36,399 nt of DNA from Candidatus Nanoarchaeia archaeon (GTDB lineage: Archaea; Nanobdellota; Nanobdellia; UBA10117): contig JBMFNW010000003.1 in assembly GCA_049969975.1 (NCBI GenBank), forward strand, positions 1 through 36,399, read 5' to 3'. This document shows positions 8,911 through 17,784 of the stretch, one piece after another. The stretch's first letter is position 1, and each line of letters begins with the position of its first letter. The notes beneath the pieces are model-generated. The model was not told where the DNA came from, did not search any database, and saw nothing but the letters and a program-made list of their open reading frames with translations. The position numbers were made by a program, and so were the translations under genes.

Positions 8911-10688
8911 TAGTATTTATCCTCCAAAATAATTTTTGGTCTTAAATGCAAAGACTTAAGCTCATCGATGAAAAGTTTAAAGGCGTAAGCCATTTCAATT
9001 GGTGAGATTTTTGACTTTTCACCACACAAGCAATATGCAGAGTTTTTATAATAATCAAACAAAGCTAAATCACCACACCTCTCGCACACCCAAACTACTT
9101 CTCTATCAGAATCAAATCGCTCTTTCAAAAGTAAAGAAGCTCCGTGAGCCAAAATTGCTTCTTCTTCCATTTCGCCAAGTCTTAGCCCGCCTTCTTTAGC
9201 TTTACCTTCTGTTGGCTGCCTAGTTAGTAATGTTACGGGTCCTCTTGCTCTCGTTTGGATTTTGTCTGCGACTTGATGCTTTAGCCTCATGTAATAAATA
9301 TTACCTACAAATATTCTTACAGGAATTCGCTCTCCGGTTCTACCATCATATAAAATTTCAGTGCCATCATCTCTGAAACCAAGCCTTAACAAACCTTCTA
9401 TCAAATCTGAAACAGGCTCGTTCAAAAAAGGAGTGCCATCAACATACCTGCCTGCTAGTGCGCCGAGCTTTCCAGCGAGTGCTTCGAGCATATGCGAAAC
9501 AGTCATTCGCTTTGGCAAGCCGTTCGGTGAAAAAATTATGTCTGGTTTTATGCCTGTTGATGTAAATGGCATATCTTCTTCTGGTACAATTCTTGATAAT
9601 ATTCCTTTTTGACCATGTTTCGTACTCCACTTATCCCCTACTTCTGGAATGCGCGTCTCGCGCACTTCTACTTTTATTCGCGGTGTGCCTTCTTCAGATT
9701 CCGTAATTACGACTTTATTAACAATGCCTTTTTCTCCATACCTAACTCTTTCTGAAGTATCTTTTTTGATGTTTGCTGCTGAACTAAAAACATCCAATTT
9801 TCCAAGGAAACGTGGAGGACTTGTTTTTCCTATTATAACATCTCCACCAAAAACTTCAGCGCCTACGCGAGCCAAACCATCTTGCTCTAAATGCCTATAA
9901 TCATGCTCAACAGTATAGCCTTGTACATCTTTTCCAGGTATGCCAATTTCATCAATTTGGCCACCTGGATATCTTAGCTTTTCAGTTGTATACGTTCTAA
10001 AATATGTGCTTCTGCCTAAACCTCGCTGTAGCGAGCCGGCATTTATTAAAAGAGCATCAGACATGCCATAGCCATCATAATTTATTATAGCCATAACTAC
10101 ATTCTGGCCAGCTGCATGCTCTCGCCCAATAAGTTCTTGTGTGAAAGTTTGAACTATTGGAACTTGGGGATAGTGAAGCAAATTTACAGTAGCATCTGTT
10201 TTTATACCTCCCATTGCTTGCTTTTGGACTTTTTGACCTCTATTAAGCTTGGATGATTGAATATAATTTGCGAATGGAACAAGAGATGTTGTTATGCCAA
10301 AAATTGCTACTGGGTTGATTTCTAAATGAGTGTGTTTTGGTGTAAGCTCTTCTTCTGAAAGTGCAACATAAGCATTTTCTTCCTCTGCAGCATCTAAAAA
10401 CTCTATTATACCATTTTTAACTAAATCAGACCAGCTTGCTTCACCAGATTGTAATGCTTTAATATGTTGTTCTGTTAGCAACGGCTTGCCATCTTTAACA
10501 ACAATTAACGGCCTAAGAATTCTTCCACCATCGAGTGCTAAATAAACTGTGTCTAAAGTTTTTCTGTATTGGACTGATAAATATTTTGAAAGCTTTCCTT
10601 TTCTTCTTTCTTCTATTAGCTTCTTTGCAAATTCTGCACCATTTTCAACGATTCCAACGAATTTGCCATTAAAAAATACATCAGACAT
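8910..10688 (-). CDS. rpo2C: DNA-directed RNA polymerase subunit Rpo2C (B')
   Basis: Begins at the usual split site (DVFFNGKFVG). Contains GKTSPPRF, GDKWSTKHGQKG, TRQPTEGKAKEGGLRLGEME and a C-terminal CERC...CLC zinc site. Confidence 0.96.
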   Translation of the reverse strand: MSDVFFNGKFVGIVENGAEFAKKLIEERRKGKLSKYLSVQYRKTLDTVYLALDGGRILRPLIVVKDGKPLLTEQHIKALQSGEASWSDLVKNGIIEFLDAAEEENAYVALSEEELTPKHTHLEINPVAIFGITTSLVPFANYIQSSKLNRGQKVQKQAMGGIKTDATVNLLHYPQVPIVQTFTQELIGREHAAGQNVVMAIINYDGYGMSDALLINAGSLQRGLGRSTYFRTYTTEKLRYPGGQIDEIGIPGKDVQGYTVEHDYRHLEQDGLARVGAEVFGGDVIIGKTSPPRFLGKLDVFSSAANIKKDTSERVRYGEKGIVNKVVITESEEGTPRIKVEVRETRIPEVGDKWSTKHGQKGILSRIVPEEDMPFTSTGIKPDIIFSPNGLPKRMTVSHMLEALAGKLGALAGRYVDGTPFLNEPVSDLIEGLLRLGFRDDGTEILYDGRTGERIPVRIFVGNIYYMRLKHQVADKIQTRARGPVTLLTRQPTEGKAKEGGLRLGEMEEEAILAHGASLLLKERFDSDREVVWVCERCGDLALFDYYKNSAYCLCGEKSKISPIEMAYAFKLFIDELKSLHLRPKIILEDKY

Positions 10689-10694
10689 TTTACT

Positions 10695-12272
10695 TTAATC
10701 CTCCACTGGTTTTAAGCCTAATTGTTTAATTATTTGCAAATTTGCTTCCATTTCTTCTTTTTGTGGCTGGGGTGAAATAAATGCTAAAAGTGCAAGGTTT
10801 TTTCTCAAACCTATGTGCTTTCCTTCTGGCGACTCAAGTGCGCAAAGCCTTCCAAAGTGCGTGCCGTGGAGAGTTCTTGCTTCGAAAGATTCTCGTTGTG
10901 CTTCAAGCGGCGAAGCAACTCTTTGTAAGTGTGAAAGCGCGGCTAGTGCGTTCTCTCTGTCTAATCTTTGAGACACGCCTTGCCTTGAAGCTGTCCAGTT
11001 GCCTGTTGCGAGTGCAGATCTTACTTTATCAGACAAAAATTTTGCTCTTATGAGTGAAGTTAGGGGTAAAATTTTACCTCGCCTTACACTTCTTTGGAAA
11101 ATGTAAAGCACATCATTAACAAAAGCTCTTAAATTTTGTCTAAATAAATCTTCCAAAAGATCTCCTGCTAATCTCACTCGCTTGTTTTGCAAATGATCTT
11201 TATCATCTTTTCTAATTTTGCCTTGTTTACAAAGCAAAAGTTTTTTCGCCACTCTGCAAAGATATTTAGCTTTCTTAAGCCTAGCTTCTGGTGTAAGCCC
11301 AATGTGGGGAAGTAAAAAACCGTCAAGTATGCTTTGTACGCGTTCGATCCTTTGTTCTTTTGGCATAGACATGCCCATTTCTTCACCAATCGTATCAAGT
11401 GCGGCTTCTTTAGTTCTTTTTTCAACAAATTCCATCAAATTTACATAAATATCATTATCCTCGACACCGATTTCTGCTGCTATGTCTGCATCTTTCACTA
11501 AACCAAGAGCTTTCAAAATTAAAATAAGAGGTATTCTAGTATTTGTACCAAAAGTCAACAAAAGCTCGCCTTCTTTATTTCTTTCCAAAGTATGAGGTAC
11601 TCTATAAAGTTCTGATGCGCTGTATACGCTTGCAGAATGTGTTATTGGGCCAGCACGTTCTTTTTGCACAAAAATTGTATTTGGTGCTAAGTCTTCAATT
11701 AATACTAAAACTCTTTCTGTACCATTAACAATAAAATAACCTCCAGGATCGTATGGATCTTCACCAGCAGCGATTAACTCTTCCTTGCTTAAGCCGTGCA
11801 AATAGCAATACTTTGACTTCAACATAATTGGTAATTCGCAAATTGGAACTTCTGCTCGCTCTCTTTCTTTACCATCTATTATAAGAGAAGTTTCTAAATA
11901 GACTGGTGCAGCATATGTTAGATCTCTAAGTCTCGCTTCTGATGGCAAAAGTTTCCATTTTGTTCCATCAGCTTCTAAAAATACTGGCTTTTCTACTCGT
12001 ATTTTGCCAAAAACAATTTTTACTTCTTCTGTTTCGGCCGGCACAACGGATGGTATTGCTTCACCAATTTCATCTATTAATGCTTGAAGTCTCCATTCCA
12101 CAAAATCGTTGAAACTTTCTATGTTTGCTTGTACGAAGTTGCTTTCTTCTAAATATTTTTTTACAAGAAGTTTTTGTACTTCTTTAGATAAAATTGCATT
12201 TGTATTTGCACTTATATTTGCATTTGTATTTGCATTCATATCTTTATTTTCATTTATATCTTTAGCATTCAT
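10695..12272 (-). CDS. rpo2N: DNA-directed RNA polymerase subunit Rpo2N (B'')
   Basis: EARLRDLTYAAP, GEDPYDPGGYFIVNGTERV, DDKDHLQNKRVRLAGDLL, LATGNW, ESPEG...GLRKNLA. Confidence 0.96.
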   Translation of the reverse strand: MNAKDINENKDMNANTNANISANTNAILSKEVQKLLVKKYLEESNFVQANIESFNDFVEWRLQALIDEIGEAIPSVVPAETEEVKIVFGKIRVEKPVFLEADGTKWKLLPSEARLRDLTYAAPVYLETSLIIDGKERERAEVPICELPIMLKSKYCYLHGLSKEELIAAGEDPYDPGGYFIVNGTERVLVLIEDLAPNTIFVQKERAGPITHSASVYSASELYRVPHTLERNKEGELLLTFGTNTRIPLILILKALGLVKDADIAAEIGVEDNDIYVNLMEFVEKRTKEAALDTIGEEMGMSMPKEQRIERVQSILDGFLLPHIGLTPEARLKKAKYLCRVAKKLLLCKQGKIRKDDKDHLQNKRVRLAGDLLEDLFRQNLRAFVNDVLYIFQRSVRRGKILPLTSLIRAKFLSDKVRSALATGNWTASRQGVSQRLDRENALAALSHLQRVASPLEAQRESFEARTLHGTHFGRLCALESPEGKHIGLRKNLALLAFISPQPQKEEMEANLQIIKQLGLKPVED

Positions 12273-12520
12273 GCTACCCTCCTATAATAAGGGTATTTAC
12301 CTGTTGGGCTTTTTCGTATTATTTTAACTATGTCTCCTGGTTTTGCACCAATGGCTTTTGCGATTGGGTCTGAAGAAAGCAGTACGGGAAGTTGCAGCGG
12401 CGAAATGTTATAACGTTCTAAAAGCGCTTGAACTTCTTCTTTTGTTAAGATTTGATGTTCGGGTACTAAAAAATGCTTGAGAACGTCGATTTTTTTTGGC
12501 TCTTTAATTTCTTCAACCAT
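12269..12520 (-). CDS. rpo5: DNA-directed RNA polymerase subunit Rpo5 (H)
   Basis: HFLVPEHQIL, QLPVLLSSDPIAKAIGAKPGDIVKIIRKSPTG, YYRRV. ATG at 12520 preferred over GTG at 12571 on family length. Confidence 0.95.
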   Translation of the reverse strand: MVEEIKEPKKIDVLKHFLVPEHQILTKEEVQALLERYNISPLQLPVLLSSDPIAKAIGAKPGDIVKIIRKSPTGKYPYYRRVA

Positions 12521-12616
12521 TTTGGAGGCGCCTTTGCCCGGGGGGCTTATTTGCTTGTGTTTGTCCACCACAAGAATGGGGAGAGCTTTAGCATTAATTT
12601 TCGCTTAGAATATTGG

Positions 12617-12630
12617 TTTATAAACTTTTC
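12617..12630 (-). promoter_or_regulatory. BRE/TATA promoter of the RNA polymerase operon
   Basis: Minus strand reads GAAAAG-TTTATAAA upstream of rpo5. Confidence 0.55.
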
Positions 12631-12722
12631 TATCAAAGTAGTGACAGCAACATATTGATGTTAAAATAAAACTAATTTCGTCTATTTCATCTTTATCGTT
12701 TTGCATTTTGCATGAAATTAGG

Positions 12723-12794
12723 CGCCCGCGCCGAGATTCGAACTCGGGTCTGAGCCGTGACAGGGCTCTATCCTAACCACTAGACTACGCGGGC
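12723..12794 (-). tRNA. tRNA-Asp(GUC)
   Basis: Cloverleaf with acceptor GCCCGCG/CGCGGGC, anticodon arm GAGCC-CTGTCAC-GGCTC, T-loop TTCGAAT and discriminator G. No intron. Followed by CCT, not CCA. Confidence 0.97.
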
Positions 12795-13024
12795 ATCTTG
12801 CAAGCTGCATCTATTCAAGCATTGCAGCTATTGCCGATTCTATATAAACTATATAACTTTTTTAAAAATTTGTTTAAAAATTTTTTTGTAATAAAAAATC
12901 TTAAAAAAGTAAGATTGCTAAAGCCAAAAAGCTAAACTAAAGCTAAATTAAAAAGAGATGTGAAAGGCTGAAAAAAGTGCAAGATTTTTAAACTATCGAG
13001 TTTTGACTAAAACTAAATGCTACA

Positions 13025-14110
13025 ATGAAACTTTCAATAATCATTCCCACATATAATGAAGAAGAAAATATAGTTGAACTTCTAAACAAAATAGAGCTTT
13101 CTTTAAAAGGACTAAATTACGAACATGAAATAATTGTAGTTGATGATGGCACAGACGCAACTGCTGCCCTGGCACTTAAAGTAGCTAAAAGCAAAGGTTA
13201 TCCCGTAAAGGTTCATAAAAGAAAAGCTAAGAGAGGACTTACTAGTGCCATTCTAGATGGTATAAAATTATCGAAAGGAAAACTTATTGCAGTGATGGAT
13301 GCTGATCTACAGCATCCACCTGAAATGCTACCAGAGTTGTTAAAAGAAATTGAAAAAGGAAATGACATTGCTATAGCTTCTCGCTATGTCAAGGGCGCAA
13401 GCTCGTCTCTTAGTCTATACAGAAAGTTTGTTTCAAAGACAGGAGTTTTTATTTTGCATTTATTTGTTCCAAAAACAAGGATAGTTAAAGATCCTTTGGC
13501 TAACTTTATTGTTTTTAAGAAAGAAATTGTAGATGTTAACAGCATTGACACGAATGCCATAAGGTTGTTACCAGAACTTTTGGTTAGGGGAAAAGTAAAG
13601 AAAGTAGTAGAACTGCCATATCAATTCAAATCAAGAAAAGCTGGTAAAACTAAAGTGCTTAGCATCAGAAATATGTGGGCTGGATTGTTATACGCCTTAC
13701 GACTTGGTAAAAAAGAGCTTGCAAGGATGGGTAAATTTTTGATTGTAGGAGCAAGCGGCATTGCTGTGAATGAAGGCTTGCTTTGGCTTCTTACCGAGTT
13801 TGTGGGCCTTTTTTATCTTGTTTCAAGTATTATTGCAATCGAGACATCAATTTTATCAAATTTTATTTTAAATGATGTGTGGACTTTTAGAGACTGTAGA
13901 AAAGGAAATTTCATAAAAAGATTGATTAAATTCAATGTAGCAAGGATAGCAACTTTAGCTATTAATTTTGGAATGCTTTTCTTGTTAACAACTTTGGGCA
14001 TGCATTATTTGCTTTCCAATCTTTTTGGAATAGCTCTAGCTACTATTGCTGGCTATCTCGCTAGCGTGTGGTGGGTATGGAAATGGAAAAAGACAAAAAA
14101 TTTGAGATAA
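13025..14110 (+). CDS. GT2 polyprenol-phosphate mannose/hexose synthase fused to a C-terminal GtrA-like membrane domain
   Basis: IIIPTYNEEENI, IIVVDDG, VMDADLQHPPE, IASRY. C-terminal KFLIVGASGIAVNEG...SNFILNDVWTF...KFN is a GtrA pattern. Confidence 0.9.
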   Translation: MKLSIIIPTYNEEENIVELLNKIELSLKGLNYEHEIIVVDDGTDATAALALKVAKSKGYPVKVHKRKAKRGLTSAILDGIKLSKGKLIAVMDADLQHPPEMLPELLKEIEKGNDIAIASRYVKGASSSLSLYRKFVSKTGVFILHLFVPKTRIVKDPLANFIVFKKEIVDVNSIDTNAIRLLPELLVRGKVKKVVELPYQFKSRKAGKTKVLSIRNMWAGLLYALRLGKKELARMGKFLIVGASGIAVNEGLLWLLTEFVGLFYLVSSIIAIETSILSNFILNDVWTFRDCRKGNFIKRLIKFNVARIATLAINFGMLFLLTTLGMHYLLSNLFGIALATIAGYLASVWWVWKWKKTKNLR

Positions 14111-15477
14111 TTGCTTTAACATTTTTGTTGCTTTTTCTATTGATTTTATTTTTAATTTTGAATTGGTTAAGTCCTTTATTGTTGTGGGATGAAAATGTCT
14201 ACCTTGGAAATGCAAGAAGTCATGTTTCAGAAAGCAACTTTACAGAAGATTTTAGGTTTCCACTGCTCGAATGGCTTATAGCTCTTATTTGGATTCGGGG
14301 TGAAAGTCTTTTTGCTGCTAAAATTTTTATTATTTTGTTAAGCATTGCTACAGTTTTTTTTACTTACCTTATTTCAAGAGAATATTTTACAGTAAAAAAA
14401 GCATTTTTAACGACGTTATGTTTTGCTCTTTCACCCCTTGTTATTTTTTGGGGTTTTAGGGTTTACGCTGATATTCCTGCTTTGTTTTTTACGGTTGTTT
14501 CTTTTTACTGTCTTTTGGAGAATGAAAAATCAAAAAGCAAAAAAATAGGAATGGTGTTTATTGCTTTTGCTGGAATTATGGCTGCGCTTGCATTTTTATC
14601 TAGGTTCCCACTCGCATTATTCCCTCTTTCTGCGGGCATTTATTCCATTTTCAAGAAAAAATATAAAGTTCTTCTCATATTCTCGGTATTTTTTGTTTTA
14701 GCATTAATCCCTTGGTTAGCATATAATCAAATTCATTATCAAAACCCTATCTGGGACTTAAAAGAGCAATATTCTGTAGTTGAGAAATGGACACTTTATG
14801 AACCAATAATAAAGCAGATAAAAAATCTATTTATGTCTATGGGTCTCTTTGTAATTTTGCTGCCTCTTGGCATCTATTCCTTGCTAAAAAAGGCATTAGA
14901 AAATGAAAATCGGAGACCCTTGGCTTTGCTTATTCTCACTTATGTTATTCTTTCATTTGTTTACTATCTTTGTTTTGTTAAATTAAAAGATGCGAGATAT
15001 TATTTTGCATTCTTGCCATTTTTATATCTAATTGCATTTGATGGCTTTTTCTGGCTTAAACAAAGAATAAACAAAACAGTAATAAAGAAAACCATAAGCG
15101 TCTTTGTTATATTAAACGCCCTTGTGCTTTTTGTGGGAACGATATATACTTTTGCAAAAATAATTGATTATGAAAGAAATGGTGCACTCATTCAATCTAT
15201 TGACTATTTGAAAGAAAAAAACATTTCATCTAATTCATCTATAGTCAGCAATGTTTGGCCATGGTATGGCTATTATTTCAACGCCAAAGTTGCATGCTTG
15301 TGGAGTGAAAACATTACAGAACTAATAAATTTATATGACCCTGATTATATTATTTATGATAACCAAATGGGCACATACTTTAACAAAACAATTCTCGATA
15401 CAAATAATCGATTAAATTTGGAAAAAGAAATAAAAGATAAATATGATCATGAAATATTTATTTATAACGTTTCCTGA
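14077..15477 (+). CDS. GT-C fold membrane glycosyltransferase (ArnT/PMT-like)
   Basis: WDENVY acidic motif after TM1, RFPLLEW, YADIP and about 11-13 hydrophobic helices. Overlaps the GT2 gene. Start uncertain (14068/14077/14083). Confidence 0.82.
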   Translation: MEMEKDKKFEIIALTFLLLFLLILFLILNWLSPLLLWDENVYLGNARSHVSESNFTEDFRFPLLEWLIALIWIRGESLFAAKIFIILLSIATVFFTYLISREYFTVKKAFLTTLCFALSPLVIFWGFRVYADIPALFFTVVSFYCLLENEKSKSKKIGMVFIAFAGIMAALAFLSRFPLALFPLSAGIYSIFKKKYKVLLIFSVFFVLALIPWLAYNQIHYQNPIWDLKEQYSVVEKWTLYEPIIKQIKNLFMSMGLFVILLPLGIYSLLKKALENENRRPLALLILTYVILSFVYYLCFVKLKDARYYFAFLPFLYLIAFDGFFWLKQRINKTVIKKTISVFVILNALVLFVGTIYTFAKIIDYERNGALIQSIDYLKEKNISSNSSIVSNVWPWYGYYFNAKVACLWSENITELINLYDPDYIIYDNQMGTYFNKTILDTNNRLNLEKEIKDKYDHEIFIYNVS

Positions 15478-15640
15478 AATAGCTTTTTCAAATCTTTCCG
15501 CCTCTATATTTTTTAAAGCTTTTTGGCTTTTTTAAAGCTCTTTACTTTTTACATGTAAAAGTTTTTAAATTGAATTTTATTAAAATAAATTAAAACAATT
15601 AAACAAAATTAAAAGATTAAAAATTAAAAAACAATTAAAA

Positions 15641-16072
15641 ATGAAAATAAAAATAAAAAATGTTTTATTTGCTGCGGCGATCGCTGTTTTAATTATTGCG
15701 GTTGGATTTTTTTGTGTAGAAAAAATTGGAAAGCAAAGTCAAGAGCAGAAAGTTATAATACATAATTTTGAATTTAACGAATCTAAAAATGTAAATGTAA
15801 CAGAAGCGCACATATATTTTTCTAAGTCGAGAAATAGAGTTTGGTTTGAAGGTAGTTTAGAAAAACCAACACCATGTCACAAATTATTTGCTGATTATAA
15901 AATAAAAAATAATGAAGTAGATATTACAATCAAAGCAGTGTCTAGCGATAAAATGTGTATCCAAGTAATAGAAGTGGTAAACTATAAAGGAAGCTTTGAT
16001 TATGAGGGCAATTTACAAACAGTAAAAATATATTATAATGGGGCAGAAATAAATTCAGCTACACTCACTTAA
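15641..16072 (+). CDS. Membrane-anchored or secreted hypothetical protein
   Basis: N-terminal basic plus hydrophobic helix, then a beta-rich ectodomain with KPTPCH...MCIQVI (likely disulfide pair). Confidence 0.65.
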   Translation: MKIKIKNVLFAAAIAVLIIAVGFFCVEKIGKQSQEQKVIIHNFEFNESKNVNVTEAHIYFSKSRNRVWFEGSLEKPTPCHKLFADYKIKNNEVDITIKAVSSDKMCIQVIEVVNYKGSFDYEGNLQTVKIYYNGAEINSATLT

Positions 16073-16094
16073 CTTAGTTCTTCTTTGCGATACA

Positions 16095-16102
16095 TTTATA
16101 AA
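16095..16102 (+). promoter_or_regulatory. TATA box of the rps12 operon (leaderless)
   Basis: TTTATAAA 22 nt before the ATG at 16125. Confidence 0.55.
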
Positions 16103-16124
16103 GTAAATTTTTAAGCGAGATAAT

Positions 16125-16565
16125 ATGTCAAAGAAAGGTCGCGGACTATTTGCTGGGAAAAAAGTAAAGGAACGTAGAGCTAAATATAGATGGAACAATA
16201 AGTGGTATGTTAAAAAAGTGTTAAGGTTAAAAGAACGTGTCGATCCGCTTGAAGGCGCACCCCAAGCCAGAGGCATTGTGTTGGAAAAAAGACAATTAGA
16301 AGCAAAACAGCCAAATTCTGCTATGAGAAAAGCTGTTAGAATACAATTAAGCAAAAACGGCAAGCAAATAACTGCTTTCTGTCCTGGCAATCATGCAATT
16401 ACCTTCATTAACGAGCATGACGAAGTCCTTGTTGAAGGAATTGGCGGTAGAATGGGCAAATCAAAAGGAGATATTCCAGAAATTAAATGGAAAGTGATTG
16501 CTGTTAACAATCAACCTTTAAAATGGCTTTGTAAAGGTAAAATAGAAAAAGCTGCTGGCAGATAA
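16125..16565 (+). CDS. rps12: 30S ribosomal protein uS12
   Basis: [42 protein letters not shown]. Confidence 0.97.
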   Translation: MSKKGRGLFAGKKVKERRAKYRWNNKWYVKKVLRLKERVDPLEGAPQARGIVLEKRQLEAKQPNSAMRKAVRIQLSKNGKQITAFCPGNHAITFINEHDEVLVEGIGGRMGKSKGDIPEIKWKVIAVNNQPLKWLCKGKIEKAAGR

Positions 16566-16566
16566 A

Positions 16567-17328
16567 ATGGCGGAAGAAAAAAATTTGGAAAAAAATAAAG
16601 AACAAAAAGAGCATGAAGAAAAAGAAAAGGCAAAAACAAAAAAAGAAGTTGCAAAAAAAACTAAAGAACAAAAAGCAAAAGTAACAGAAGCCGGCAGCCA
16701 AGAAAAAGAATCAAAAGAATTAACAAATTATCGAAAAAATATAAAGTTGTTTGGACGATGGTCTTTTGATGTTGAAGTTCGAGATCCTGGGCTAAAACCT
16801 TACATCAACTTAATTCCAATATTTACGCCGTACACAGCAGGCAGAACAATAAAAAAACAGTTTTGGAAATCGAAGAAAAATATTGTTGAGAGATTAATTG
16901 GAAAACTTATGGTGCCAGGACATAAAGGCAAAAAACACTATTGGAGCTCAAAAAGAATTCCAGGAATGTTGCCAACACAATACAAAATAATTCGCGATGC
17001 GTTCGAGCAAATAGAGAAAAAAACCAATAAAAATCCTATTGAAATACTTGTAAGAGCTATCGAAGCAAGCGCACCATGTGAAGGCATAGCAACAATTGAA
17101 TATGGTGGTGTTAGATATCCAAAAGCAGCGGATATGGCACCGCAAAGAAGAATAGACTTAGCACTAAGATGGATTGTGCAAGGTGCTTTTTTAGCTTCGA
17201 GGAAAAATAAAAAAAGCATGTCTGATGCTTTAGCAGAAGAATTAATTGCAACAGCAAACGGCGATCCAAAATCTAACGGCATAGTCAAGAAAACTGAATT
17301 AGAAAGACAAGCCATGGGTTCGAGGTAA
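16567..17328 (+). CDS. rps7: 30S ribosomal protein uS7 with a charged N-terminal extension
   Basis: KLFGRWS, DPGLKPYI, IVERLI, NPIEILVRAI, YGGVRYPKAADMAPQRRIDLALR, LAEEL, ELERQAMGSR. Confidence 0.95.
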   Translation: MAEEKNLEKNKEQKEHEEKEKAKTKKEVAKKTKEQKAKVTEAGSQEKESKELTNYRKNIKLFGRWSFDVEVRDPGLKPYINLIPIFTPYTAGRTIKKQFWKSKKNIVERLIGKLMVPGHKGKKHYWSSKRIPGMLPTQYKIIRDAFEQIEKKTNKNPIEILVRAIEASAPCEGIATIEYGGVRYPKAADMAPQRRIDLALRWIVQGAFLASRKNKKSMSDALAEELIATANGDPKSNGIVKKTELERQAMGSR

Positions 17329-17329
17329 A

Positions 17330-17743
17330 ATGGTTGAATTTAAAATAAATATCGGCGATCCAAAATCCAAGATAACATATAAAGCAGAACTAAAATCGCC
17401 TGATGCTGATCAATTACTTGGAAAAAAAATTGGCCAAACATTTAGAGGGGAACTTTTAGGACTTGCAGGATATGAATTTCAAATAACTGGGGGCTCGGAT
17501 AAAGCAGGTTTTCCAATGCATCCTTCGGTTGAAAGCTCTGGTAAAGCGAGATTGCTTTTATCGAAAGGTCCCGGCTACAAAGTACCAAAAAAATTTAAAG
17601 GTAGAAGGGAAAGAAAACTTGTTCGTGGAAATACAATTAGTCCAGATATAGCACAAATTAATTGTAAAGTTGTAAAGTGGGGAGAAGAAGATTTGGTCAA
17701 ACATTTCGGCGTGGGTGGAAAAAAAGAAGAAACTAAAACTTAA
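17330..17743 (+). CDS. rps6e: 30S ribosomal protein eS6
   Basis: FKINIGDPK, GKKIG, ITGGSDKAGFPM, GRRERKLVRGNTI, AQINCKV. Confidence 0.95.
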   Translation: MVEFKINIGDPKSKITYKAELKSPDADQLLGKKIGQTFRGELLGLAGYEFQITGGSDKAGFPMHPSVESSGKARLLLSKGPGYKVPKKFKGRRERKLVRGNTISPDIAQINCKVVKWGEEDLVKHFGVGGKKEETKT

Positions 17744-17784
17744 AACTTAAAAATTAGTTATTAAATGAAAAATTGGTGTATTAA

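Noticed and set aside
5171-12272. Inteins in RNA polymerase subunits
   Set aside because: Subunit lengths are normal or slightly short, and no intein splice-junction or LAGLIDADG blocks are present.
8910-12272. Split Rpo2 as a novelty
   Set aside because: The B''/B' split at this position is well known in many archaea.
13025-15477. GT2-GtrA plus GT-C pair as a novel system
   Set aside because: This is a common lipid-linked sugar synthesis, flipping and transfer module for surface glycosylation.
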